From the NCBI RefSeq assembly GCF_009914755.1, contig NC_060937.1: a stretch of DNA of 64,000 nucleotides. The stretch is one strand, 5' to 3'. Of this stretch, positions 51,786 through 64,000 are shown piece after piece; the stretch's first letter is position 1; every line of letters starts with the position of its first letter. Made by a program: the position numbers and the translations under genes. Below the pieces are notes generated by a model. It was given only the letters and a program-made list of their open reading frames with translations, searched no databases and had not been told where the DNA came from. This DNA is from the human T2T-CHM13v2.0 reference genome, Homo sapiens.

Positions 51786-53877
51786 TATGTATGCAAGAGT
51801 ACAATGATTGACCATAACATTTATTCTTGGTAGAAATGGAAGATAATATATTAAGGGGATGAATAACAGTACAAGTCAGTAGGATCAACGTCTACCGTGG
51901 GTTGTTAGAAGTGAGCAATCGAGCACTAGAAGGAGGTGGTAGACAGAGGGCTGAGCATGGCATTCAGTTATGAATGTTGTGCAGTTATCAGTAATAAACA
52001 TGAGTCAATGCTTGGAGGTTTTAAGATAAAAGGAGGAAGTGTCCTCAAAGTGACAAAGAATGGGTATCAGTAGGCTATCAACACTACCTATGTGGACAGT
52101 GGTAGAGAAAACAGGTGCCTCCTCAGAAAACTGAAGGCAAATAACTAGAGATCTCAGGGGAGAGCCAGGTATTTTTTTACTAAAGAAGGTAATAAAAATG
52201 TTTAGAGAAAATTTCAGGGACATAAAATATTTTTATGATGGACCTTGATTTCAGACAGAGACAGAAAAACAGAAAAAGAAAAGGGACATACAAATCTGTC
52301 TGATGATTAGTTTGTGAGATATTAGGAATCACTATGAGTCTGGGGATTTGGATTGGACACAGTTTGACTAATAATGGAATATTGGAGATTGGGTATGTCC
52401 AAGTTTTATAGATGGCAGCAGCATTCTGAGAAGTTGCCACGTTACTATGGGCAAGCAGGCTCCCTCTTGACCCATTTCTATGAGAAGATGGAAAGACTGT
52501 GTAGGTGTGGACTTAGTCCCAGAACATGGGCTTCATTTTTTAATCCTTCTAGGGTTTGTGATTTGGGGGCTGTCTCATTGAGAATGTGGAACTATCTCTT
52601 GAACCCTGTTTATGAGGTCAAAAATGTCATGGCAGACAACTGTACTCAGAAATCCCTCTTGATTGGTAAAATAATCAAGTTTGCATTGAAAACTTAAAAA
52701 TGTCCTTCTTAAAAATTTCAGTAATTCCAACTATCAGCAAGTGTTCATGAGCCATAGGAGATTTGCAACTTTGAGCTGCAAACAGGTTTATTAGCAGAAC
52801 ATGAAATAAGAGACCCCAATAAGCCCTATTTATGTAGTAATTATAATTTGTAGACACACCAAATTTTAGTAGTCACAACTGACTATGAAAAATATACACT
52901 TTCTATAAAGCAAACTAAAAAAATAGAAAGTATATGCTATTTACTAAGCTCTTATAAAAGGGAGAGAATAACGTATAACTATATTTCGGTTTTAATGGTC
53001 TTGATATTTGAATTTTACCCACATGAATTCCATCTAAATGAAGCCACCAACGTGATAAATTCTGTGTTTTATAGTCAGTTATGAATTTTATGTGAGATTT
53101 TATTGTCATTTACTATGCTTTTTTTAATCAAATTGCAAGTAATCTGATTGACATTATGGCAATTTCATATTGCCAGTAGGGTCTATAAATGAATAAACAT
53201 GTAAATGTAGATTAGTTGGCTTTCATTTACTTATTAGCAAATATTTGTGTATTGTCCCCTCTGGGTGGAGTAGTTACTGAGTAATATAAGGTACTCAGTT
53301 TTTTTCTAACATAGTTTTTCACCAGAAAACAAACAAACAAACAAAAGACAATTTGGCACATTGAAAAAATTGCAATAAAAATTTTTTAAGGGTTCTGAGA
53401 CAGTTAATATATTCATGAAACTTAGATTTTTATCAATCAGTCATTTTTAGCAGAGGAACCTTCTTATTTGTCTGAAAATTAAAATATTTTATTCATAATA
53501 CTATTTTTTGAGGTCCTTAACTTTTTATATTTTTATCCTCCAAAGATGGCAAATAAATGTCTGCGTTAAAAGGAAACTTGTACACTCTGTGCCTTTACAA
53601 TTATTCCAACAAGCTACTACTAACACTTGCTTTATGAAACTTTGAAACTCCACACTCAACAAACTCTAAAAAATTATTAGACGTGGTTTCCACAAATACC
53701 ACCAATTATCTTTAAAGAGTTATTTTGCTATGTGCTTTATTTATTCCATTTTATGTAATTCTTGGCTCAAACTAATGTTTTTATTGAAAACAGGAAGAAG
53801 ATTTAAAAAGCAAGCAATAAAGAAGAAAAAGCTCAGTTTGAGAGATTACTAAGCTTCTCAAAGTAATTAGAAAAGGG

Positions 53878-54291
53878 TGTGATGCCTAATTTTGTGTGCT
53901 AACCCAACTGGACCATGGTGCCCAGATATTTGATCAAGCATTATTCTGGATGTTACTGTGAGGGTGTTTTTAACATTTAAATCAGCAGATTATGAACAAA
54001 ACAAATTGTCCTCCTTAATTTGGTTGGGCTTCATCCAATTAGTTGAAGGCCTAAATAGAACAAAAGAGTAACCTGCCCTAGACAGAAGGAATTCTACCAG
54101 CAGATGGCCTTCAAACCTGAGCTACAACAGTGGCTCCTTCCTGCATCTCTAGCCTCCCAGCCTGCATTACAGACTTTGGTCTTGCCAGCCTCCATAATCT
54201 CATGAACCAATTTGTTAAAATAAATCTCTCTCTCTCTACATATATAAAAGTGCTACTGGTTCTGTTTCTCTGTAGTACCTGGACTAATACG
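53878..54291 (+). mobile_element. ERVL solo LTR MLT2 (MLT2D-like)
   Basis: TGTGATG...GGTGCCCAGATATTTG...CATCCAATTAGTTGAAGGCCT...GGTTCTGTTTCTCTG...GACTAATAC. Confidence 0.85.
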
Positions 54292-54411
54292 AAGTTGATC
54301 AAGGATTATAAACCATAACTATCTAACCCCAAAACCCGTACTCTTCTCTTTCTAATATGTAACTTTTTTTTTTTTTTGTAAAACATAAACCTTAAAGCAA
54401 GATTCAGACAT

Positions 54412-54753
54412 TATATTAGTTCATTTTCACACTGCTATAAAGAAATACCTGAGTCTGGGTAATTTATAAAGGAAAGAGGTTTCATTGACTCACAGTTCTG
54501 CATGGCTGGAGAGGCCCCAGGAAGCTTACAATCATGGTGGAAGGAGAAGGAGAAGCAACAAGGCAAGAAAGAGAGAGAGAGAGAGGGCCAGTTATAAAAC
54601 CATCAGTCCTCATGACAACAGACTCACTGTCGCAAGAACAGCATGGAGGGCACTGCCCCCATGATCCAATCACTTCCCACCAGGTCCCTCCCTTGACATG
54701 TAGGGATTATGATTCAAGATGAGACTTGGGTAGGGACACAGAGCCAAACCTCA
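54412..54753 (-). mobile_element. MaLR solo LTR THE1 (C/D-like)
   Basis: TATTAGTTCATTTTCACACTGCTATAAAGAAATACCTGAG...GGGACACAGAGCCAAACC. Confidence 0.88.
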
Positions 54754-54864
54754 AAGTCAATTTTTAGAGTGAAGCATGTATCTTAGCTGGGAGTTTAGCC
54801 AATTGAGCAGAGAGACCAGGCTGATGGACTGAAGTTCTAAATTAATGTTTAAAAAGGGATAACA

Positions 54865-55580
54865 GCACTGTACAGTAGTTAAGAGCACAGAATTGAGAAT
54901 AAGATGCCCAGGGTTTCAATACCAGCTCTACTGCCTACTTGGGAGAATTTATGTTAAATTATTTAACCTCCTATACCTGACAATGGTAGTATTCCTCCCA
55001 AACTCCCTTGGATCTAGATGCTTTTCACTGTTTTTGTTCATTTCATCCCCAGCTGTGTTATTTATTTCAAACTGCCGCACCAAGGATGCCATTCAAAAGA
55101 TTCCTATTTGCAAGTGTGAAGCTTTTTTGCCACATGTAGATAGTAGGATTTGCCTGGACACTCACAACTGTCTGGGGTATTGTTAATCAATGAGTAATTG
55201 GGGCAGGAGGGTGAACGTTTAGCTCATTTTTCTCCAGGACAAAATATAAAGCATAATCTGTACTTCACAGCTTCTCTCTGGGATAAGGCCACACTTAGCT
55301 TGAAATTATACCCTCTCTTGGTTTCTTTACCTTTCCCAACCTGTTTTCTCCACTCTCTACTTGTTTCTCCTTTGGGCACTTTCTAGCTAAATCTTTTTGC
55401 AACAAACCTCATCTCAGAATCTCCTTCTGGAGAAATTGACTAAAGACATCCAGTTTTCCCATCTTCTAAAATTGGAATATTGTTCCTATTTCAAAGGATA
55501 TTGTCAAAGTTTAATGGCATATATAACTATAACTAGCACATATTATGTGATAAATGCATATTAGTATATTAATTATAAAA
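54865..55580 (+). mobile_element. MIR split by an LTR16-like insertion
   Basis: GTAGTTAAGAGCACAG...TTATTTAACCTC at 54865-54975 resumes as CAGTTTTCCCATCTTCTAAAATTGGAAT at about 55450. Confidence 0.6.
54978..55448 (+). mobile_element. ERVL solo LTR, LTR16-like
   Basis: Ends ...AAACCTCATCTCAGAATCTCCTTCTGGAGAAATTGACTAAAGACA, an LTR16-type 3' terminus. Confidence 0.6.
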
Positions 55581-55807
55581 TAGTAAAACTAAATGTGTTC
55601 CACTTAATAAAACAATAAATTGTTGAATGCCTAGTTTATAGTAAGCAAATCCTGAACATCAAAAAATAAGAAAGCAATTATCTTGTCTTTATTTTTATGC
55701 CTATACAGTCTGTCTGGAGAGAGATACTTAAGCCAATACTAAAAATCCAGTGTTGGCAATATGAGTGCATAGAGTGCTAATAATTTTTAAACACAAAAGA
55801 ATAATAA

Positions 55808-56122
55808 GGCAGGACATAGTGGTTCACCCCTGTAATCCCTGTGCTTTGGGAGGCCTAGGCTTGAGCATTGCTTGACACCAGGTGTTCAAGACCTTCCTGG
55901 GCAACATAGCAAGATTCAATCTCTACCAAAAAATAATAATATTAAAAAATAGCAAGGCTAGTAGTGTGCACCTGTATTCCTAGCTAATTGGGAGGCTGAG
56001 GTGGAAGAATCACTGGAGCCCAGGAGTTCAAGACTGTGGTGATCTGTGGTCACACCACTGCACTCCAACCTGGGTGACAAAGCAAGACCCTGTCTCTAAC
56101 AACAAATAAAATGAAATAAAAA
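55808..56122 (+). mobile_element. AluJ full length (diverged), inside an L2 relic
   Basis: Both arms present; CTGGGCAACATAGCAAGA, GAGCCCAGGAGTTCAAGACTG; A-rich tail. Confidence 0.9.
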
Positions 56123-56398
56123 GGGACACTTTGAGTACCTAAGTCAGTCCGAGTAGTCAGGGAAGAGATATATTAGAATGCCTAAGTAGTAATTACACAA
56201 TTTGAAAAGTGGAAAGGGGAGTGGGAGGCTGAAAAAGAAAACAACAAAACAATACATATAACTGTTATGGAAGAGTTTTGCTAGTTTTTTATTGTTATTG
56301 TTACTATTATTTGAGTTGGGTACAGGTGTGTTTGTGTTTGTATCTACAAGTGTAAGTCCAAATGTGTGTTGTCATGTATGTGTTTGTCCATTTTAGGA

Positions 56399-56427
<29 letters not shown>
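56399..56427. repeat. (TG)n microsatellite
   Basis: Direct reading. Confidence 0.9.
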
Positions 56428-56429
<2 letters not shown>

Positions 56430-56625
56430 CTGTATTGTGAGTTTGGGGAAGTAGGTTTGGCATTGAGGCAGAAGGGATAGGCAGAAACTCCACTGGCATT
56501 CTATGATATATTCAAGAGTCTATACTTCATCCTGAAGGCACTGTCAAGTCACTGAAGGATTTTGGTAGGGGAATGAAATGTTAGAAAGACAATTCTGGCA
56601 GCAGTGTTGAGAATGGAATTGAGGG

Positions 56626-56770
56626 CAGGGATAGTAAATAGGTTTTCAACTTACATGCCAACTCTGATCAATTGGTAGTGGCTGGCTGGAGCACTTTTTG
56701 AGAAGGATTTTGAGGTCTTGTCCCGGCTTAGTGAGAATGAGCACCATGATTGATTATCAATGTTTTCCAT
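56626..56770 (+). mobile_element. MER102-like hAT-Charlie DNA transposon fragment
   Basis: CAGGG...AAATAGGTTTT...TGCCAACTCTGATCAATTGGTAGTGGCTG...GAGAAGGATTTTGAGG. Confidence 0.7.
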
Positions 56771-57299
56771 TTATTCCCCATGTTCTAATATTTTCTTTAT
56801 TGAATCTGCCTTCTACAATGCATATTTGTTATAGATATCAGATATAGATCAACTGATATCATCGTAAAAAGCTACGTATGGAAAACTTTTCTTCTCTGAA
56901 GGCTTCTAACCTTGAAAATGCAATAAAATTTTTATTGTCTAGGAAAAAGTCTATGGGTTAACACAGACTTTAGCATGTAAACATATTAAAATCATTAATT
57001 TGTTTCAGTTTATTTGCAAACACTCTTTGGAAGAAGAGCTCTTGTAATCCATACCTGTTGTAGCATTGGAATAAAAATGAAACCACACACACAAATAAGA
57101 AGGAAATTTTAAGATCACTTAAAGATTATGAGAGACTAATATTGTGTTTGTAAATACATTAATTTTGCCAAAACTTTCTTCCTCTTCTACTTCACATAGA
57201 CTAACTGTCCCTTATATTAATTTTTGTACTTATTGCTTTACTGATTTATATTTAATTGGCTACATGTTGTAAAAGATTATAGTATCAACTTTAAAAAAT

Positions 57300-57425
57300 A
57301 TTCTCTGGTAGTAGAAAGAGTACAGCATTTGGAGCCAGACAAACTTACTTTTTAATCTTAGCTTTGTCACGTACTAACAGTCAGATCTCAGGCAGGTCTT
57401 TCAGTGTGCCTCCTTACTTTATTAA
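57300..57425 (+). mobile_element. MIR relic
   Basis: GTAGTAGAAAGAGTACAGCATTTGGAGCCAGACAAACT...GCTTTGTCACGTACTAAC. Confidence 0.6.
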
Positions 57426-58000
57426 TAAAGTTTTCATAAGGACAAAATTTCATTCTCCATTAGGCCAAGTGCATCTTGAGTCAAATTTCCTAAGGCCTAC
57501 ACAAGAAAAAAATCATATGGTGGCTATTAAATATCAGCGTAACAGTAAATTGAGTTTTTACGGAAATACTTTGAACTACATTTATTCCACATGGCTATTA
57601 TTACATGAATTTTGAGTTGAAACACAGCTTCAAATAATATTACACTACCCAAAATGCACACACATGTGATCAGATGTGAGAGTAAATACGGGAGATTGTT
57701 ACACTTTTCAATGCCTAATAATCGGTGTTTCAAATGACACCTTCATTAACGGTACTGTTTTAATTGCAAACTTTGTTTGAGTCTATTAAATATAAAATTT
57801 TTGGAAATGGAACAAATCATTTTACACAAAATAATGGTTTTTGTACTGCTTCAGATAACTCATACTTTGAAATTGATTGTGGTTGATTTGAAATATGTTC
57901 GGTGTTTTTCTACCCCATCAGGTGCTACATTAATAATATCCCAGGGCAGAAGCTGCAAAACCTAAAAAATGGAGCAAAACTTGTCAAGAAAATAGCTACT

Positions 58001-58315
58001 GGTGGTGAGTGGTGGCTCACACCTGTAATCCTAGCACTTTGGGAGGCGGGTGGATTGTCTGAGCTCAGGAGTTTGAGACCAACCTGGGCAACATGAAGAA
58101 ATCCTGTCTCTACTAAAATACAAAAAATTAGCCTGATGTGGCAGTGTGCACCTGTAGTCCCAGCTACTCAGGAGGCTGAGGCAGGAGAATTTGCTAGAAC
58201 CCATGAGGCAGAGGTTGCAATGAGCTGAGATCATGCCACTCCAGCCTGGGTGACAGAGCGAGACTCCGTCTCTAAAAAAAAAAAAAGAAAAAAAGAAAAA
58301 AAGAAAAAAAAAGAA
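58001..58315 (+). mobile_element. AluS full length with long A-rich tail
   Basis: Both arms; TSD AAGAAAATAGCTACT 57986-58000 / AAGAAAATGGCTACT 58316-58330. Confidence 0.93.
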
Positions 58316-59769
58316 AAGAAAATGGCTACTGCAGTAGTCAAACATTTGGAAAAATATTGTTCTAAAAATTAGCATCTTTGATCCAGCAATAAATGTATAG
58401 TAATTTTGATAGAAACAAGCAAAGTATGAAACTATTCTTCTAATATTGACACTCAATATATTTTAAAACATTAAACATTTCAAAAAGCGTTCCTTGAAAT
58501 GTTTAAATATCACATAAAATGGATCACCATTTAATACACCATCAGTGCATCATTGCTCATTTAGATAATGAACAAAACACTAGAGAAATGAGCCATTTTA
58601 TAAATCTTTGCTATATTTAGAATTAAAATCTGTCTGTTTTGTGGTCTTTAGGAATTTTATTTCACACATTATCATCTTTTTTTCATTTAATAGAAGCATG
58701 GGGAAAGAAAATGTACTATCCAGTCATGGTTGAGTTTCTTTATGTTGCACTTCAGTTTTCTGGGCATTCCTAGTAGCTTTTATTTCACAGTTGTTTCTTG
58801 TTTAAGTCTCACACAAGATGACAACAGCATGGGGCAAATCATTTTTGGCTTAATTTGAAATGCTGTTTTCAGGGTATTTTAACAGCAGCAATTCTCATAT
58901 GAGCAAGTAAAGATCATAAATGTTATCCGTATCTCCCCAGATAAACTACAAATAGAAAAACAAACACATGACAGAATTTGTAAAGTGATAAAGAAATTTC
59001 GTATGTCTAAGCCTTGCCAGTGTATTTTAAACATGGACAAAATGTATATTTATCAAATTTGACATACTCTAAAAAGAAACCAGGTAAAAACATGAAAAAT
59101 TAAAATGCTTATATATAAACTCTACAACTGAAATCTAATGTTAATCTATACTATCTAGGTGAAAGATATGGTAGGTGTCAAAAAAAACCATTATAAAGTC
59201 AATGACTGTGGGATGCGTGTGTGCCTTGGAGTAGAGATGTTCTTAAAAAGAAACCATCAAGGCCCTCTGGTTAACTTACTGAAAATGTTCTGAAATTTTT
59301 TCAACAAAGGTGGATTGGTGTCAACTTATGAGAGTAGAAATTGTGAATTGCAGATTTTGTATTCTTTCTTGCCAGCAAATGACCTCCCATCTGTTGGTTA
59401 AAAAAAAAAAAAAAAAGAACCTGTGAGATGGCCAATTCACCTTACTTAAGCACAAACTGTTACTACAATTATTTTCCATCCATTGTTGTTTTATATATTA
59501 CACCAAATTTATATTGGGTAGAAATAATTTTTTCAAATGTTATTTGAGAGAATAATAAACATCTCATTTATTATGTTTTTAAATGCAAATCCCCATTAAC
59601 TTCATTCACTTCATGAGTGAGTGAAAACTTTTGGAACTTCTTCATTCCAATTGTAACCTTTGAGACATGCCTGTATTTATTGACATCTGATTTACAGTGA
59701 GTATTTGAATACAGTGAAAAATATTTTTGTCTTCTTACCATCTGCAATTAACATTGTTAATAAACTCTG

Positions 59770-60010
59770 CATTCAGGACTATAGTAAGACTGTATGTATG
59801 TGGGCTTTTCTTTGTCATCTCCAGATAAATTCTAACCATCAAATTATATATTGAGACTCTTTCCTCCCTGGATCTATATTCTATTACTATATAACTTAAG
59901 CCTAAGTTTACATCTGCTTTTAATAATGCCTTTGAATTACATTGATGATTCATATTTGTTTTTAAATAAAACCCCAGCTTCTTTCTAACACTAAGTAATC
60001 GGGCCAGGTT
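59770..60010 (-). mobile_element. L3/CR1 LINE relic (RT C-terminal region)
   Basis: ORF text KKLGFYLKTNMNHQC...KADVNLG...YRSREERVSIYNLMVRIYLE matches CR1 KDLGV...LNMSQQC...KANAILG...SRSREVIVPLYSALVRPHLE. Confidence 0.7.
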
Positions 60011-60818
60011 TTGTTTTTGTTTCATTTTTGTATTTTCTCCTGGATATATGTAACTGATATTTTTGAAACTCGTTGTAAAAGTTTTAGTAAGTAAAATTAA
60101 AATTTTGGTGAGAGAAGTGATATCCCAAGGTAAGTAAGTGTACTTAATATTCATTTATTTATGAGTATGAGAGACACTATTTTATACTTTATGGATCTTA
60201 ATTTAAATTATTCCCCTGAGACTGAGGTGAATGAATTTGAAAAAGACACAACACTTTCAGACATATTCTATGAGGGTCATAGCTGAATAAAAAGTAATGG
60301 GAAAAATGTCACCTGAAGTGTGTCAGTTTTTATTGTTATTACTAATTTTTTCATTGTTTTTCATTTTTACATTCATGAACACCTCACTTAAATATCACCC
60401 ACCCTAGACCACCCTGCTTCACTCATATGTATATTTTATATTCCCTCTAAACAACAGTTGAACCTGATATTATTCATATAAGCTTAATAATTAAGGAAAT
60501 GAATATAAGTTCACATGAATTAGAGTTCATATCACTTTGCCAACAAAATGATATATGGATATTTGCAGTCAAACCCATTTATTCCTAAAAATTACATGAA
60601 GTATATATATGCTATTAAAAATAATTTTCCAAAAAAAGGTTAGCCTTTGAAAAAGAAAGCGCTAGAGTAACGCCGTAAAGAGACAGAGGCAAGTCCCTTG
60701 CTTTCCTGGTTCTAGTCCTGCTTCAACAACAACAAAAAAAAAACATGTTTGCTTAGACCTGTTGGTGCTCATATTGTAAGAGCAAATACAAAGTTAAAAT
60801 AAGAAACTTAATTCTCTC

Positions 60819-61424
60819 TGTTGAAAATAAAGAGAGAGACTTTTGTGTCACCCCTCCACCCTTTTCATAGAAAACTTCACTTTAGAAAACTTGTAAGTTC
60901 TTTGTGTCTTAGAAATGTATGCAAGTCACTTAAAAGGATAAATAAGCAACCTGGGGACCTGGGAATCTGGTCAAAGCCTTGAAATGTAATCATCACAGAA
61001 GACAGTAGTCCTATCTCCCAGTTTCCTGAGACGTAGAAGCCTGACTTTAATTGGCACCTGGCTCCAAATTGCAAACCTATCTCCTATCATAAGAACTCAA
61101 GACATTTATTTTTTTTTTCTTTTAAAGGCAATTAGCAAAATAAGCAACTACCACAATGACCAGGTGGTTCAGGATGAAATATTTGTAAGAAATGGTGCTG
61201 CCCAATTCTAGTTTTTATTTATCATGAGAAAATGTATATAGTATATCGCCTGGCTATAAGAAAAGGTGAGATTTCTGTCTTAATCTCTTTCATGACTGCT
61301 TGTGATGCCCATCACACTCTGTTTTAATGCTTATTCAATAACAAAACAGGTTTATTTCTCATACTTTTATAAAGAGATTTTCTAGGGTGCCAGGAGATTT
61401 TGTTTTAATCATATTTCACCAACG
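60819..61424 (+). mobile_element. MER4-group ERV1 solo LTR (MER89/MER90/MER92-like)
   Basis: TGTTG...CAACG termini; CTTTAGAAAACTTGTAA and TTGAAATGTAATCATCA motifs shared with the LTR at 12.8-13.3 kb. Confidence 0.65.
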
Positions 61425-61429
61425 ATATC

Positions 61430-62110
61430 ATTGGAGCTCACAGCCTTTCTCTGCACCAAGGATGTTTTGATGACATTTGTCATTCAAGCTCTTCTCTCTC
61501 TAACTCTATGATACTTTGTAGAGGACATTTCTTTCTGCAGTCGGAGACCATACTCTCCCCATCAATGGGCTTTTTCTTTAAACGAATTTTTACCACCTTT
61601 CAGACAGCAGCTTCCTTACATAAGCAACTGCCTCTATAGATTATTTCTGCCTCTGCCTGAGTTAACTTTCTCTACCCAAAGATCCTTCCCATAGCAGCTC
61701 TGGCTGTGCCTTCTATCAGCTCTTTTCAGCTCAGTGAACACATTTCTAGATCACCTCTGCCTGCTCATACCTGGCGGCAATTGTAGGTGACTTCTACAGA
61801 ATGGCTCTAGCCCACACTTTCAGGCAACTTTTGACATCATTGTTTTGTTTATTTGTTTGTTTCTGTGTGAGTCAATCTTTCTTTAAAGAGATTTGAATAT
61901 CTTTGGGTAGGCATCCTCTGTTTTCACCACTCTTACTAGTCTCCAGATAGTTGCTTCATTTTGCATTTGCTAATTCTGGATTTCTTAGTGTACTTTCTTA
62001 CCTCTTTTAGTAGCCGATCACTTTTGTCTAGTTAAACACTCCTTATATGAAAATTATCTTTTTCAAATTCCGAATGTGTTTTCTTTCTCTGAACTAGATC
62101 TAACTGATGC
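61430..62110 (+). mobile_element. ERVL 5' LTR (LTR40/LTR41-like, family uncertain)
   Basis: Ends ...GTGTTTTCTTTCTCTGAACTAGATCTAACTGATGCA, immediately followed by ERVL internal sequence. Confidence 0.5.
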
Positions 62111-64000
62111 AGAATTGACATTGAGGGAGATTCCAGGAGACAGTCTCTCCTGGATTGGATTGGGCTTCCGTGTAGCGCTGTGTTCCTTGCATATGATCAC
62201 TAAGTAGCTAGCAATCCATAGCGTGTGGCGGTGTCTAATTTATTAAGTTATTACATGCAGTTGGTTGTTATAAATTTCTAACTGAAATAAGTGCCTTGGG
62301 AGCCCAAGAGGCCATTCTACTTGACTGTTATGGAAGTGATGATGGTAACTATCTGACTGTGGTATTATATGGATTCCTCTAACTGCACTACAGTGTTTAT
62401 AGAGAGAAAATGATAAGCTCAAGCCTGTAACTATCAGTTTACATTACAGTCTGAAAACTAAAACTAAAGTTTCCATGGCAGCCACAAAATAATCTGTTAT
62501 TTCTTGTATCCACAGAACCAATATTGCTAAAAATCAAACACAAAATTTAATATGTGCAGCAAAATACAACATCAACTGAATTCACAGCCTCGCCAAGTTC
62601 TCATATGACAAATAGTGTATGGATTGGGAAAAAAGGAGGACTCTGAAACTGGAAATACTTGAAATGGAAACTTTGGACTCAGATAAAAGAAGAGATTTTG
62701 GACTCCTGGATTACTCTGTGCTTTCCTTACTAGTGAAAGTATTGTTTCCTCTTGTTTCTCTTCACAGACTTGCCTTCTTGCTTTCTGTACTTTAAAAGCT
62801 TGTGAAAGTTGTGTGTGTGTGTGTGTGTGTCTGTGTGTTTCTGGAGTAGATACTTTGTAAGGGGCAACATAATCACATACTATTACCATTAGACTCATAA
62901 CATCAGTAATAAGTCTAATGCCACAGAAGCAATGTCATCCTAGGTAGAACTGCAAGGGTAATTGCCATTATAAATATATTTTTAAAAATTGTTGGTGATG
63001 GCATTTACTAAATTCCTTTAATGTCATCTTTCTAGCCTGTGTAGAATCAGATGGCTGTTGATAATAACTATGGATTATTTCAAAGTTAATCTGATTTTAA
63101 CTCCAGTTGAAACTGCTGTCTGGACATAGTATTGTTATTGGACAAATCATCACAGGCCCTGGCACTTGGCATGCAACTATTGACCTAACCAATATACATA
63201 TATATATATATATATATATATGTATTTCATATCAATATGCAAAGATTATTAGAAGCAGTTTTCCTTTACCTAGTAAGACCAATAGTACAACTTCACAACT
63301 TTGCCTCAGGGCTATGCTCTCTGCCATAATATGGTCTACAAAACTTTACAGAATTCCACAAAACATTATGTTGCTCCTTATCGACTGCATCATTTTGACT
63401 GAATTTTAGGAGAAAAAGAGTCAAGAGTACTTGGGTGCCTCAATATGACCTATGCCAACTAGAAGAGGGATTGGAAAACTATAGCCTGCAGGCTAAATAT
63501 TTTGTAAATAAAACTTCATTGGAACAAAGTCAAGCACGTTTCTTTCCATATTATCTATGGATACTTTGATATTGCAAAAGTAGAGTAGTTGCAGCAGCAC
63601 CACTCTGTACAACAGATGTTAAAATATTTATTATATTGTCCTTTACAAAAGAAGTTTCCATCCTTTGAAATAAGGAATGAAAAATAAATACCACAAAACC
63701 TTAGGGGCCTGTTAGCTACATAAAGTTGCTTGGTTTCAGTGGTCTGAAGCACACTAAGATGCCATCTCTATAGTCAAGAAAAGTTTTTGTACCTGTCAAT
63801 ATAATACAGTAAGACTTTTGAGACTTCAACTCATCACAAAGTCACTCATGAGACTACCAATTGCAAGCAGGAACCAGAGCAAGAGAAGGCTCTGAAGCAA
63901 ATCCAGGCTGTAATGCAAGCTTCACTCTCAACTGGACATTATTTTCCAAACTATGTAATAATATTCAAAGTGTCCATGGCAAATAGGTATGTTGTGTAGA
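62111..64000 (+). mobile_element. ERVL internal gag/pol relic
   Basis: ORF 63107-63409 contains GQIITGPGTWHATIDLTN (ERVL RT EQINT.PGTWYAAIDLAN); downstream TTTGCCTCAGGGCTAT and CCAGAGCAAGAGAAGGCTCTGAAGCAAATCCAGGCTG. Confidence 0.8.
63464..63667 (+). mobile_element. MER58A-like hAT-Charlie MITE inserted in ERVL pol
   Basis: AAACTATAGCCTGCAGGCTAAAT...TTTGTAAATAAAACTTCATTGGAACA...AAAATATTTATTATATTGTCCTTTACAAAAGAAGTTT. Confidence 0.8.

Noticed and set aside
58031-58456. 141-aa ORF and similar Alu-overlapping ORFs (1579, 29850, 32334)
   Set aside because: Typical Alu-derived open frames
59735-60154. 139-aa ORF as a novel protein
   Set aside because: Explained by a decayed L3/CR1 RT fragment plus AT-rich flank

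Overview
AT-rich primate DNA, most likely human or great ape (it carries an AluY and an L1PA3-type 3' end). It looks intergenic or deep-intronic. I found no credible host protein-coding exon, tRNA, rRNA or CpG-island promoter. Every recognisable ORF is a broken L1, ERVL or CR1 ORF, or an Alu/LTR-derived chance frame. The window is a layered transposon mosaic: a full-length inactivated L1PA6-like element with a 17-bp TSD (13.8-20.0 kb); a short twin-primed inverted L1 missing about 3.7 kb internally (28.7-29.3 kb); older L1PB/L1M pieces; eight Alus; many solo LTRs (ERV1 MER4 group, MaLR, ERVL), some nested; two ERVL pol relics; DNA transposons (MADE1, MER44, MER102, MER58); MIR/L2/L3 relics; and microsatellites. 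Repeat family names come from recalled consensus sequences, not a database search. I do not see a new biological system. The most interesting signals are insertion and repair scars and self-complementary structures.
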